From Perna viridis (lineage: Eukaryota), in NCBI GenBank assembly GCA_037379345.1, contig CM074511.1:49792862-49856861 (forward strand): a stretch of 64,000 nt of DNA, given 5' to 3'. Made by a program: the position numbers and the translations under genes. Under the pieces are notes generated by a model that made no database searches, was not told the DNA's origin, and worked only from the letters and a program-made list of their open reading frames with translations. Shown here piece by piece: positions 1 to 13,546 of this stretch (positions are counted from its first letter, which is position 1; every line of letters begins with the position of its first letter).

Positions 1-280
1 TGGTAACATATTGTATGTTTGGCCATATTTTTTTTTTCTCAATTTATACCCCAGTCAAATAGTAGGTGGTATATTAGAATTATGTTTTCCACCTCATCTA
101 TGTGAATTTCATCACAATTATCTCAATTCTTAATGAATTGATTAATTACATATTTAGTTTGGGACTTTGTATAGATGGGACACAGGTTGCATGCACTTTT
201 GGTTGCTGTCCAATATCTTATATATAACTTCCTGTACTAGTGTGGGTACTACATGTGCAACTTTATATTTGTACTTCCAG

Positions 281-3200
281 TCAAACACTTAATATGAAAG
301 CTGAAGTAGCAGATGCATTCCTGGCAAAGTTCCAGCTGAAACCAGATGAAGTGAAAGCACTAAGGGGAACAAGGGACGGAACTATTCATCAAGTACGTGT
401 AAAAAAGATCCTTTTCTGTGCATGTATATAATGTACTGTGAAAGTATTATTGCTTGTGGGATTTGGTAAACCACGAAATTTGGTTCCCAATGAAAAGTAC
501 ATTTTCCACTCGTTTGTACGATAGTGTTTTCAATTCCATGAATTGATAAGTTTTCCCTATACCATGAAAATTGGTACCCATGAATATAAGTACTTTCAGA
601 GTATGATGTTCTAGTATCAGCTGCAGCCTGACCAGTGGTGTGAGGGTTTCCTCGTCGTTCATTAATGACCCATGGGTGGCCTTTTTGTCTGACATATCTC
701 CTTGTAGTTATGCTCAATAAATGAAGATTTAAAATATTATATGTGTAATTGAATTCATATTAATATAACTGCAAAAGTTGTTTTATACTAATTGTGGTGA
801 CCATGCTTTTATACAGGGTTGGTTTTCTAGCTATAATTAGAGGTATGCATTTATTATGGTTTTAATTAAATTGGAAAATTAATCATGGAGCACAGCCCGA
901 ACATTACAAAAGTATGTAATGGTTTGATAGAGACCAAGACTTGAAAATTTTGATGTTTAAATGGAAGATTATAGAAAAAAAGTAGATTTTTGTTGGTGTG
1001 TAAATAATAGCACTTGCATTAAAAACATGTAATAGATCTAAAAGTCTCTGTTTTACTTGTTGACAGTTTTAAAGAAATGTTGAATGGTTATAATGTATTA
1101 ATATATAAGTTGATAAAATAGAACTATTTATAAATTGTTGTTTGCAGGATTTCTTTCAAGCTCTGGAAAAAGTGAAGAAAATACACAATGATTGTAAAGT
1201 ATTACTGAGGACTAACCACCAGACAGCTGGGTAAGTTATCTGGATATTTGTAAACTTTTACTCATTAATATGCATTTAACATGTATTGATTGCTGGTATC
1301 TTGGCTAAAGTTCTCTTAAGTATTGAATTATTTATAGACCAAAGAAAGGAGTGGTGTATTCGCTAACTTTCCTTTAAAGAATGGTTTATTTTCAGGCTGA
1401 AAACGTCAGTTTTTATTACAATTCATCTTTGATACATTTTCATAGTATTTAATAGTACCGTAATGTTTTGAAAAGTGAAAAGTTTTTATAGTTTGTCAAA
1501 TATTAAGTATGAGTCCTTATAAAAATCAGGCATTGACTATGGTAAGGTGATTCATGGTGTAGAAAAACCCACCGAACAAATCATGTTTTATTGGTCTATA
1601 TATATGCTATATTTTTATGTGACATATAGATCTGTACTTTTGTGAAAACTACACTTTAACCTCCCACTAAAATCAACTAAATTAAACCAAATAAAGAATG
1701 ATAACTCATGCAAAGTGCTAATTTCATGTACAATCTTAATGAATTTTATCTAAAAAGCAACAATCAAAAGAAAAAATTAAGAGTGGTTATGTGGTCTATA
1801 ATTATTCGTGAAAAAAAATTAAAGTGAATGTATGAATCACCTCCTGTCTGATTTTTATAAAGACTGATACTTAAATATAAATATTTGTAAAAGGATAAAC
1901 AACCAAAATGTCGAACAAAAAACCTTGCTTTTTGTTGCAGTTTAGAAATAATGGAAACAATGGCTTTGCAACAAGAATCTGCCTATGAAAGACTGTACAG
2001 ATGGGCTCAAAGTATGTTGGTATTTCTATTAATTTTGGTACCTGAAAAATATTTTTGTTTTTTTGTTTTTTTTTCTTTTTGGTATACTTTTTAGAAAACT
2101 TTTACAGGAAACATGTCAAAAATAACAGATTGCACAAACATTTAAAGAAATTGGTTTTAGTTAAGGAAAAATCATTGACAACACCAGATACTCATAATTT
2201 TAATTTTAACATTTTAAGTTCTTCCCAGCGTTGTAATTGTTATTGTTAATTGGTTCCATTAATTGATTCTTAATTCGTTCATTCATTTCTTGATTTCCTC
2301 TTGTTAAAACAGATGATCAGGAAAAATATTAATTCTGTCAGGATAATACATGTTTTTTCAGATGACTGTAGAACTTTAACAAGTGACTCTCCTGATATAT
2401 CATCCGTGTTGTGCCAGGCTATGGAATCTCTCCAAGACAGACCTGTTCTTTTCAGGTAGGTTTTAGACTTAAATCAATCCTGTGATACACACATTTTACG
2501 AAACTCCTGTTTTAAAATTTCTACTCCCATTCAACAGATCATCTTGTTCGTCCATCCTCCCAAATTTGCTGCAATTATCTCTGCTTCCAATGTATATATT
2601 GATCTCTCACTTAGCATGTCAATGTGTGAACCTTTATTTTGAATATGTCATTACATATGTTTTACCAGTTCATTATACTGTGTGTGAGATGAAAAAATCT
2701 GATCACACTGAAAGTGTTTTATGATTGCATGTAATTTGTGTACCAATAATTGAATAGTCATTCTAAATGACTAGTTGAATTTCCCTTTATTTTGTTGAAT
2801 TACTGCACATTACAGATACACAATTGATGAATTTGGTACAGCAAGAAGAACTGCTGTGGTTAGAGGATTAATTGATGCCTTGACCAGGGGAGGTATAAGC
2901 AATTTTAATGAATTAATCATTTATTATGAAATCTTTATGCAAAGATCTTTAGACACATTAAAATGATATTTTGATAAAGTTAGTTTCTTTTGTTCTTTAT
3001 ATTTCTTGAACCAGTTTTCAAAGCATACTTTTAGTCACTACTGAAATCACCACAGTGGGAAATTTTTTTATGTGGATATTTGATAATATTCTCTTGACAT
3101 TTAAAACATGATCAAGAGATTTCCTAATGTTTTTATCTAACAGGTCCAGGAGGAACCCCCAGGCCCATAGAACTCCATTCCCATGATCCTTTGCGGTATG

Positions 3201-6200
3201 TTGGTGATATGTTGGCATGGTTACATCAAGCTACAGCATCAGAAAAAGAACATTTACAGTCACTTCTAAAGAAAAGTTCAAGTAATTGATTTCAAATAGC
3301 TAATGTAATATCAGCAGTATTGAAACTGGACTCTGTAGAAATACAAATTTATGAACGGATCAATGATATTCTTTTAGCTATTACTGCTTTTTTTAAGGGG
3401 GGAGAGGGGCAATTGTGAAGAAATAATGAATATTATATAAAATGCCCCATGTATAGTATCATTCTTTTAGTTCCTACTCCTTGTATTGAATAATTGAAGA
3501 AAAATTCCAGATAATTTCAGAATCAATCTTCAGATTTTCTTAGGAAGTACATTTTTACAATGGCATATATTTTTTTTCTGTAGCCAGTGATGATCAGATA
3601 CAAGAAGTATTAGGTCATATCACAGAGGGAGTATGTAGACCATTTAAAGTATGTGCATTGTATATTCTTCTTGACTTAGTGAGTCAAAGAAATTTTTGAA
3701 TTAACTTGTAGCAAATTAGAAAGATCATTAAAAAAGATGAGTTTGTTCGCATATAATCCATGTTTCTATAAGTTTTGTTTTAATATGGATTTATTTTTTT
3801 TCTCCTTTTTTAACTGCAATTATTTTCAGAAATTAGAATTTTATTAATAAACATGTGATTCTGTAAGATGATCCATAAGTTGCTTGGAAGTTACAATGTA
3901 GTTGATTATTTCAGGTAAGGGTAGAACAAGTACTTGTATCAGAACAGGATGCTGTGACTTTGTATAAACTACACAATCTACTCAAGTTCTATCATAATAC
4001 TATTGGGTAGGTACAACATGAACATTTCTGTAAGTTTAACATTTCATACCTTTTTGTTTATATTTTAACAATATATTTCTAACCCATATTTTGTTATATT
4101 GTATGATTGGTGTTTTGATTATAAGTGATATTACATAGATGTCTATTGAAGTTCAAGAACAACATCCCTTTTCTATTTTTAATGACAGATTGAAAAACTG
4201 ATGTTTAGGTCTTCTGTGTTTAACAGTCAGGAAACATATATTTATGCCTTTGTAATCTGTATCTTTTTATAATTTGGTTTTCTTTCTCTTTTTCTTATAC
4301 TGTCTTGCAACTTTGAATGCTCAAATTGTACAGGTTTGTGTTGAAGAAGTTATCATTCATGATGTTTACCATCAGTATACGATGATAAAGCTATAAATGT
4401 ATTGAACTACCTGTATATGTATTAAGATTTGGGAAAAAATCATTATACATGTACAGGAGTACATAGAAAATATATTTGTTTTCTTTATATTTCATTTCCT
4501 ATTATACATGTAGTCAAATAATCATCCAAGATGCAGCTCTGCTGTCCACAATCACAGAAATACAAGATCTCAGTCATAGGATGTTTTTCAACAGTCTGAA
4601 TTGTCACGGTAATAAGTTATTGGACAAAGTAGAACTCCCTCCTCCAGACCTTGGACCCACAGCCTCTTTAAATCAGACATTGCAGTTATTAAAGGACATA
4701 CTGGCTTGCCATGATGCCTCTGTTGTAGATTATGATAATAAGAAACAAGATTTTAAACAGGTGAGCTTACTTTATGTATTTATATATTAGTCTGGGTATT
4801 GATTATAATACAATTTTTCTTAATCTGTTAAGAAAACTATTGATTGGTAAAAAAAAAAAAAAAAAAAAAACTTAATATTTTTAGTTCATAAACAGTGAAC
4901 TGTGTCTGTAAAAAAATTGTGGATTAAGGATTTCATTTGATTATTTTTTGTTGCAAAAATGGACAATTTTATTTTTCAATAATGTAAATTCCTAATCCCA
5001 GAATATACCATAATATATGTACATTTGTATATATGCATATGGATGATAAGTCTATTTTTTGGTGGGGGTCAGGTTAATAATTTGCAAGTTATATTTTTGC
5101 CAACCTGACTTCTACTACAAATATAGAAAATTAAATCACATTATTAGCTCACCTGGCCAAATGCCATGTGAGCTATTGCCATCACTTGGGGTCGGTCGTC
5201 GTCCGTTGTCATCGTTAACAATTATACAAAACTCTTCTCCTCTGAAACTACTTGACTAATTAGAACCAGACTTGGTATGAATGTTCCTTGGGGTATCATT
5301 CATAGAACTGCAGTGGGGATTTTTGATTCGTCAAAAAACATGGCCGCCGTTACTAAAAATAGAACATAGGGGTCAGACAGTAGTTTTTCACATATATCTC
5401 CTAAACCGTTAGGTATTTTTAATGATATTTCTTTCAAAAATCTTCTCCTCTGACCCTACTTGACCAATTAAAACCAAACTTGGTATGAATGTTCCTTGGG
5501 GTATACTGCATAGAACTGATAGTGGTGGGGATTTTTGATTCGTTGAAAAATATGGCCGCCGTTACTGAAAATAGAGCATAGGGGTCAGACAGTAGTTTTT
5601 CACATATGTCCTAAACCGTTAGGTTTAGCTGATATCGAATAAAAGTGTTCAGCATGGTGAGATCTATCTGCAGTCAAATTTTCATTTTAATCTATTAAGC
5701 CATGTTGGAGCTATTGCCCTTTTTCAACGATTTTTGCTATTTTTAATGTTATTTCTTTCAAAAATCTTCTCCTCTGACACTGCTTGACCAACTAAAACCA
5801 AACTTGTTATGAATGTTCCTTGGGGTGTACTGCATAGAAACGATGTGGGCATTTTTAGTTCGTCGAAAAACAGTAGTTTTTCACATATATCTCCAAAACA
5901 GTTAGGTTTATCCACATTCTTTCAATAGCTGAAATGATCCATATGATTAGGACTACAAAAGTCTTTAGACTCCTTGTAAGAGTTATTGCCCTTGAAAGGG
6001 GAAAAATAACTTTTTTAAAATAGTTTTCAGTCAATATCTTGAAAACTATGATAGATTAAAAGAAACTTTCAATTGTTGAAAAGATCTTGTAATAGTCCTA
6101 CCAAAGACTTCTTGAGTCAAAATTGTTGGACAACTTCTTGTTTAATTTATTGCCTTTGAAAGACAAAATTCAATAAGGTGAGCGATTCAGGCTCCTGGGA

Positions 6201-9200
6201 GCCTCTGGTAATGTTATATCAGGTGACTAGGGTTTCTGGTTAAAATTGCATTTTACCAATAGCAACTTACTTTTAAGCTCAAATCTTGATTTATCTCTAG
6301 AACATGATTTTCAATTTTATAAGAATTCAAAATTACTATTTGAGATAATCATACTAAAAATTAACTTTTGTGGGAGAAAAAAACTGGTTGTTCAAAAATT
6401 GTATGGTGATGTACTTCTTTGTCATTGAAGCATAGAAACACATATTTATGATTGTAGATTTTAAACAGTATAGTAGATCCATTGGTACAGATGTGTTCTG
6501 TGTCAGCTAGTCGACTGAATACATCTGACATGGCTGCCTATATGATAAACTGCATATACTTAATACAGAATAATCTGGCTTTGTATGAGTTCACAGATAC
6601 CAGATTAGAGATGTTACAAGCACAGGTAGGATATAAGGGTCACAACAAAATTACTCTAATCCAATACATAATTAAGTCAAGTCCAAAATAAATCTGACAA
6701 AATTGATATTACATCACCGGAGTAGCTGGTACTGCAATGGTCCTGATTTGGTACAGGCATTTCAAACAAAATGGTGGATTAAATATAGGTTTTACAGTGC
6801 GCCATTGTAGCATGAATATACCAGTGGTAAAGGTTCTGTTAAATCTAGGTTTTACAGCGCACCATTGCAGCATGAATATACCAGTGGTAAAGGTTCTGTA
6901 TAAATATAGGTTTTACAGTGCGCCATTGCAGCATGAATATACCAGTGGTAAAGGTAACAAAGTTCTCTAAAAAACCAAAAAATAGCATCATGTTCTCATT
7001 TTCAGGTTGATGCCCAAGTAGACACCCTAGTTAGCGAGCAGGCATCATTTGTACTCAACAGAGTGGGATTAGCTAATATTTATGCCTCAGTTCAACAACA
7101 TCAACCAAAACAGGTGAGATATTATCATACCCCCACTCAGAAAAGTGGGGGTTATATTGCAATCACATTTTCTGTCCATCTGTCAGTTAGTTTGCCCATC
7201 TGTTACACTTTTCATTACAAATTTCTCAGATTCTATTGGAAGGAATACTAAATTATTTGGTATATTACTTCCTGTTTACTGATCGACTTAGTAAATCTAC
7301 AAAGTGGTACATAATGGAAATTTTTTAACAGATTTCTCAGTTTCTCAGATATTTGGTATATTGCTTTTGCATGAAGACTTGTACTGTGTCTGGTTCCTCG
7401 TTCATCTACTTCATGTTTCCTATAGATGGTTTAGCAGTGGTATTCTTAGCACAATGTAGTGTGCAACATCTTGTTTTGATAATTCAGTCAGTATTGACCT
7501 TCAATCAGTTTACTCATCAAACCAAAAGTATCTTTGAAGAACTTACATGATACATTTATAGTGTATTTTGAAAATTAGAGGATGTTCAATGGATGACAAG
7601 GTAAGTGTGTTATCAATTACAGAAGAATAAACTGGGTTTGTAAAAGACTGTAAATTCAGACTTTTTTTAGGTTAGCAGATTTACCAACACCTGTAGTAAT
7701 TTATGTAGTAACGTTTTTGTGTTCATGAGATTTATTATGCTACTTTAGTAAACATATGAGAAGCATATCAAGTGAACATAAAGACCTGCCATAAATCTGA
7801 ATTGATAGTGGAAAGTTTTTGAGCTTATGATTGACTCTTTGCTGGTCCTTTCGTTCATAGACGTGACTGAAAACTGATGAAGATTTGTTACATTGAGTTG
7901 ATTATGACTTCTGACCATGTTGAACTGGAATAGCCCAGGGTAAATTCCAGTTTTACTAAATGAATTTATCTATTATTAACAATGGAGCTTAAACTCTGTG
8001 GTCATTTAGATAAATACATTCACTCATGCAGTTAAACTGCTGTAGGAGAAATTTTTGTTCATATGGGAAAATGTACCTGTTAGGAGTTTCAGTAGGTGAC
8101 CACTGGAGTGTGATAGACTAAAAAACCTCCTGTACTAGTGATAACAATATTCTGTTTTCCCATTTTTTAAATTTCTCTAGAAGTGTATATAGGCATGTAG
8201 GAAAATAAGTCATGTCTCAGTCTGGATAATGCGACCAAAAGTTGCAATTTTTTGTCATTTTTATGTTATAAAAGAAGTGCTTAGTGGTTTTTTTTCCATA
8301 TTAACTAATGCACATTTCCAAAATTTTTGTATTTTATCATTCATTTCAGTAAATTTGATGAGAAATTAGTCCAAGTCTTTTTATAATTTTAGTATGAACA
8401 TGTCCACTAGTAAAATTATACAAAAATCATTTGTTACATTGAGTTGATTATGACTTCTGACCATGTTGAACTGGAATAGCCCAGGGTAAATTCCAGTTTT
8501 ACTAAATGAATTTATCTATTATTAACAATGGAGCTTAAACTCTGTGGTCATTTAGATAAATACATTCACTCATGCAGTTAAACTGCTGTAGGAGAAATTT
8601 TTGTTCATATGGGAAAATGTACCTGTTAGGAGTTTCAGTAGGTGACCACTGGAGTGTGATAGACTAAAAAACCTCCTGTACTAGTGATAACAATATTCTG
8701 TTTTCCCATTTTTTAAATTTCTCTAGAAGTGTATATAGGCATGTAGGAAAATAAGTCATGTCTCAGTCTGGATAATGCGACCAAAAGTTGCAATTTTTTG
8801 TCATTTTTATGTTATAAAAGAAGTGCTTAGTGGTTTTTTTTCCATATTAACTAATGCACATTTCCAAAATTTTTGTATTTTATCATTCATTTCAGTAAAT
8901 TTGATGAGAAATTAGTCCAAGTCTTTTTATAATTTTAGTATGAACATGTCCACTAGTAAAATTATACAAAAATCATTCTCCAACAATTCAGTCAATGTTA
9001 TACTGCTTTATCCCAAAGTTATAAAGAATTTTAAGTTGAAAACTAGTCTTTTTTCCTGTAGGTAAAAAAATAGCTTATTCTGTAGGTAAAAATCTCCTAC
9101 CTTTTAGGTGAAAATCTACTTGGATGAAGGTGTTAATTTAAATGACCACAGAGTTTAAGCTCCATTGTTACAAATTCAATAGATGAATTCTGTTGTAAAC

Positions 9201-11144
9201 TTGTATTTGGGCTGAGCGGTATTATAAAATAAGCTCACAATAAACTACTGTAATGACAAATCTTTTACGAAAATATAATTTATTAGGTAGAGTGATTAAG
9301 TTGTTTTGTACATTTAAACGTCAACAACATATCACAGCTAGCACTTGTCTTTTTTTCATAGTACGTCCTGTGTCCATGTCTTTGGTTTCATTCACAATGC
9401 ATATCTTAACGTTAGTTTTTTACGGGAAAGGACATTATGCTAAAAAGCACCGGCATTCCTGACTAACCGGCACACTACAAACTCATTTAGCACAACTGAT
9501 ATTTACCTTGGGCTATTCCAGTTCAACAAGGTCAGAGGTCACAGTCAACATGCTGTAAAAAGTGTCAAACTGCAAAACTTAACATTTGAATATTCTAGTG
9601 GACTGTTGAGACATAACTTCAGGTATTGAAATACATGTTTAATTTTCTTTTGTATTTCAGGGTCCTTTGTCATGTTTACCTGGTGTTGATGCTATAGCCA
9701 CAAAATCAGCCATGGTAAGAGGTGTTGAACAATCATTTGAAGGGTTGGGGTCAATATTGCTATCATCAAGTGGGCCTCGCATTGATCATAAACCACTTTG
9801 AATTATTTTAGAGACCTGTGATTTGCGTCTATCAAATATATTATTTGAATAAAGACATTCAGAATTAAGAAAACATGCATTCATAAGATTGAATACCAGC
9901 TCATTATTATTGTTTAGATTGTTTAGATTGCTTCTAATGCTGTCATAGTTCACACTGTTTCAAGTGTCTTTTAATAAGAAAGTTGTGTATTGTTGATATA
10001 CATGTAATCACAAAAATTAGTCTTCAACTTGTATTTTTTTCTGTCCTGAGAATTTGTTTTTGTATTTACCTCGTGATAAAAATGTGATAGAAAATTAAAT
10101 TGTTTTTTTTTTGTTGAATAAAAATGTTATGCAAATAATCCAAACTTGATTTAAAATTTTTTCTACATTGTATAAACATTTTTATCACAGAAATGAACAA
10201 ACTATTAACCAGAATTGCACAACTAGTAATCCATTATCAGGGTGGCTTTAAGTAAATGAACTTATTACTTTTGTCTTTTTCAGAATAGGTTTGATAGTTT
10301 TCTGGCAAACCCAGATTCTTTAGTGATCCCTCAATGTGGATTGATACTCAGTGCTAGAGTCAGGTATTGTTTTTCTAATCTTTTGTGAAGTAAATTATTT
10401 ACTGTTAAATAATTTAATTTGATTTGTAACAAGCTTTCTGGTTGGATTTTTCTCTAATTTTGAACAGGTTATACACAATAACTTGGTTTTGGACAGTTTA
10501 AATGTCTTAAAAACTGCTGCAAACCAGGTTGTTTCATATAACCTGTTAAAGTATTAGAAACACTTCTTAAATATACTGGTACTTTCCTGTTAACATGCTT
10601 TTTTTCCAAATCTTAAATTATTAAGCATTAATGGTGAAGCACTTATTATGCCCACTCCCAAATTCTGGCATTTGAAGTCTGATAACTATAGGGATGGAGC
10701 ATCAACAATGTCCTATATCTGAATCATGAATGGCTTAAAAATGATGTACACCATTTGGAAGTGACTGTTTGAACTTTTAATGCAGGGGCAGATTAGGTTT
10801 TGTCAGAGGTCTTTCATATTCCTGTTGGTCAAAACATTGCTTTTATATAGACATGATGGTGCGTTACCAGAAAAGTCGTTGTTCGAGTACAAATTGTTCT
10901 GAGCGTAAACTCATATTATGAAAAAATCAAAAAATGATGAAAAGGAAAAAAAAAACGATGTGAATACCAAAATATAGTTTCGTTTATTTATTGTAGGGAA
11001 AATGTGAAGAAACAGTCTGTAGATTTAATATGTAGAGCCTATCAACAGATGTATGATGCCATAAGTAAACCAGAGAATGATTATAAAGAACCACAGGGCA
11101 TTGTCCCCAGAACACCTGACCAAGTGAAGAAACTCTTGTCATAA
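281..11144 (+). CDS. COG6: Conserved oligomeric Golgi complex subunit 6, 3' 14 exons (5' exons lie upstream of the window)
   Basis: Phase-consistent GT-AG exons: 281-392, 1148-1230, 1941-2011, 2362-2455, 2816-2892, 3144-3281, 3584-3648, 3915-4006, 4514-4760, 6458-6625, 7006-7113, 9661-9714, 10284-10363, 10997-11144 (TAA). The translation has recognisable COG6 motifs: [75 protein letters not shown] and C-terminal [12 protein letters not shown]. Confidence 0.96.
5141..6209 (+). mobile_element. Helentron-associated non-autonomous element (HINE/DINE-1-like) with internal tandem repeats
   Basis: 5' TTATTAGCTCACCTG with a subterminal inverted copy (GTGAGCTA), a GTC-rich microsatellite, about three internal repeats (CTTCTCCTCTGA...AACTTGGTATGAATGTTCCTTGGGG), and a 3' AGGTGAGC + hairpin AGGCTCCTGGGAGCCT. 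Confidence 0.7.
6779..6957. repeat. ~60-bp tandem repeat x3 at the end of a dispersed repeat (6675-6957) that also occurs inverted at ~16640-17050
   Basis: Unit TAAATATAGGTTTTACAGTGCGCCATTGCAGCATGAATATACCAGTGGTAAAGGTTCTG. Confidence 0.85.
7883..8976. repeat. 546-bp direct tandem duplication (two apparently identical copies)
   Basis: ATTTGTTACATTGAG begins at 7883 and at 8429; no differences seen by eye. Confidence 0.93.
7895..9549. mobile_element. Foldback/MITE with long imperfect inverted arms; left arm tandemly duplicated
   Basis: GTTGATTATGACTTCTGACCATGTTGAACTGGAATAGCCCAGGGTAAAT (~7897) is inverted at 9501-9549. AACAATGGAGCTTAAACTCTGTGGTCATTTA (~7978) is inverted at 9139-9169. Confidence 0.7.
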
Positions 11145-11672
11145 TGTTTGTTATTTATTATTGTTTTTTTTTTATATAAAGACGATCAGAGGGTTAATTT
11201 TATTGTTTGTTTAAAAAATGCCTTTAGATCTTTCTCAGTTATCCTCATTTTGAAAAATTACATTATTTATATCAATGAAATCTTTACTTGTAATGCTACC
11301 TGTATTTTAATGTAGAATTCTTTTTTTTTTCTCAACAAACAATGCATTCTTCCAAAGATTTCTTATGTATATTTAAGTCAATCAAAACTCAAAATGAAAA
11401 GACAGCTTCTTTCTTAGGCTTTTTCTTAAATACTGAACTAATATGAAAAATGCATTGAAATCACAAATATCTAACCTTGTAATGGTTGGGCTAAAAAAAC
11501 TTAAAAATGCAAACATTTTTAATTCAAAATTGATCATACAAATGTTAGTTTAATGAAGACAGCTTCAATGAATCAGATTGGGAGAGGACCTCGTAAATAT
11601 GTTTTACTTTTGTCCAATCCTTTTTGTTTATTACAATTAAAATATGTTTAAACTAATGAATCAGATACAGCA

Positions 11673-12031
11673 TTACAGGAGAGGATCTACACACATTTTA
11701 CACACTTTTGATACTGCACAACATTTCTTTGACCCTTGGCACTGCTCATCACGAGAACATGACCACTTTGTCCTACATTCTGTGTTAGAAGCATCATTTG
11801 TAACGGGGCATTTTCCAGACTTGACTGGGAATGTTGGATCAACACATGTCATTTTTCCACATGAGTCTTGACAACACAATTTTCCGTCCAGTTCTGTCCC
11901 ATGACACATACTATTTGTGCAACTTTTTTGGCCACATGGTTGCTTGTCAGCTGGTGGGCAAGTTTCTCCAAGGGGTCTTTGGTCATGTACTGATAGTGCT
12001 GAAACAACCAGCAGTAAATTATTATTGACAT
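11673..12031 (-). CDS. Small secreted WAP (four-disulfide core)-type protein with two Cys-rich repeats; 5' end uncertain (frameshift or upstream exon)
   Basis: Open frame reads LLLVVSALSVHDQRPLGETCPPADKQPCGQKSCTNSMCHGTELDGKLCCQDSCGKMTCVDPTFPVKSGKCPVTNDASNTECRTKWSCSRDEQCQGSKKCCAVSKVCKMCVDPLL*. KSGKCP...CSRDEQCQGSKKCC...C..CVDP is the WAP signature. AATAAA lies on the minus strand at 11627-11632. Confidence 0.8.
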
Positions 12032-13351
12032 CTTAAATTTATTACAAAATATAACTTTTTGAAAATTGTCCATAAGAAAGATCAATCCATCTTTAAATTT
12101 ATGTACATGTAAAAGTGGTATGGAAAGGTGAATTTAATATATTCCTATTTAAAAATCGTGTGGAATACATTCTATAGATCAAAGTATGTGCAGGTGAAAA
12201 AGGCATTTAAGCAAACATTTGATTTCATAGGAAATTGGATCCTGAGATGAGGAACTTAAGATACTACTTACTAATTCAAGAAAGTTTCCTGAAATTTCAA
12301 GACTTGAGAAATCTCAAGATTAAACATAAGGTTAAAAAGTTTAAAAAATAATTTGCTGTCATTGGCTTCATTAAAAATGGATTTGCCAATTTGTATTCTG
12401 GGTTTTTAGAGTTTGTTCATTTCTTCCACCACAATATGAAAATAGATGTGGTATGAGTCGTTCACCAAATGCCAAGCAATGAACAATTTGAACTTCTACA
12501 GGTAACTACTCAGTCTTCAATGATGGCCAAAACCCATACCATAAAGAAAGCTGTAAATAGGTCCCAAAATAAATAATGTGATTGTGCCTTTTTATATTAA
12601 ATTTTATCATGCCCGGTAATCATACATCAAAAGAATGTAAGTTACAGGGCCTCATTGAAACATTGATGGAAAAGAGAAGTTTAAGTAAATTCTTTTTGAA
12701 AAATAACAAAATTGACATTTTTTCTATATAATCTATTACAAAAACTACTCCCTGTTATGGGCAATTTGGAGAAATGAGCACAAACTATGAGTTCTTGCTC
12801 ATCTCTCTCTCTAAATTTGGCCCGGAGTAACATAAAATGCTCATTACTAACATTATTATCTTGAAAGATAATGGATAGGCTTTTACTTACTAGAAATATT
12901 GTGAGTATGCTTACAAAAAGAATACCACCACAGCTTGAGAAATGATTGAATTGTGCAATGTACTTCAAGTTCAATGAACTCCCTTTGGAGTCCCCCTAAC
13001 AGTAATTATATTTCTTCATGAACATATGTGTCCAATATTCCTATAAAGTTTCATCCAGTTCCCTTTTATGACAGTAATTATATTCTTTCATGCACATCTA
13101 CATACAATACCAAACCTTCCTGTTAAGCTTCATCAAACTACCTTGAGTAGTTAAGGGTGAAGTATTATCATGTAAAACCCTTTAATTTGATTATTTCCCT
13201 TAGGAGTCCCTTAACAATTATTGTGCTAGTATTTCTTCAAGAACAACTAAGTTATTTTGTACATGTTAATTACATCCATGATAGTTGCTGCTGGTTTGTT
13301 CTATAATGCTTTACAGGGGATTTATTTCAAATTAGTATGAACAATTTGTTG

Positions 13352-13546
13352 AAGAGTAATCAAACGAACCAAGGTTATAGGGTAATTAAAAGAATGTAAT
13401 CCAGGGACAAAGACCAGACATGGAAAACAGATATACACAACAAAGAACATAAAGTAACTAAAATCATACATACAAAGTAACAAAAGCAAATGAGCAACTC
13501 GGACTCCACTAAAAACTGGGAGCATGGACCAGGTTCACCGGTAAGG
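13352..13546 (-). repeat. Dispersed repeat (tail of the Penelope-like element)
   Basis: Highly similar to 24300-24500 and to the reverse complement of ~18300-18495. Confidence 0.8.

Noticed and set aside
382-717. Short ORF-track entries here and throughout introns and antisense to exons
   Set aside because: No domain similarity or splice support; expected by chance or derived from repeats.
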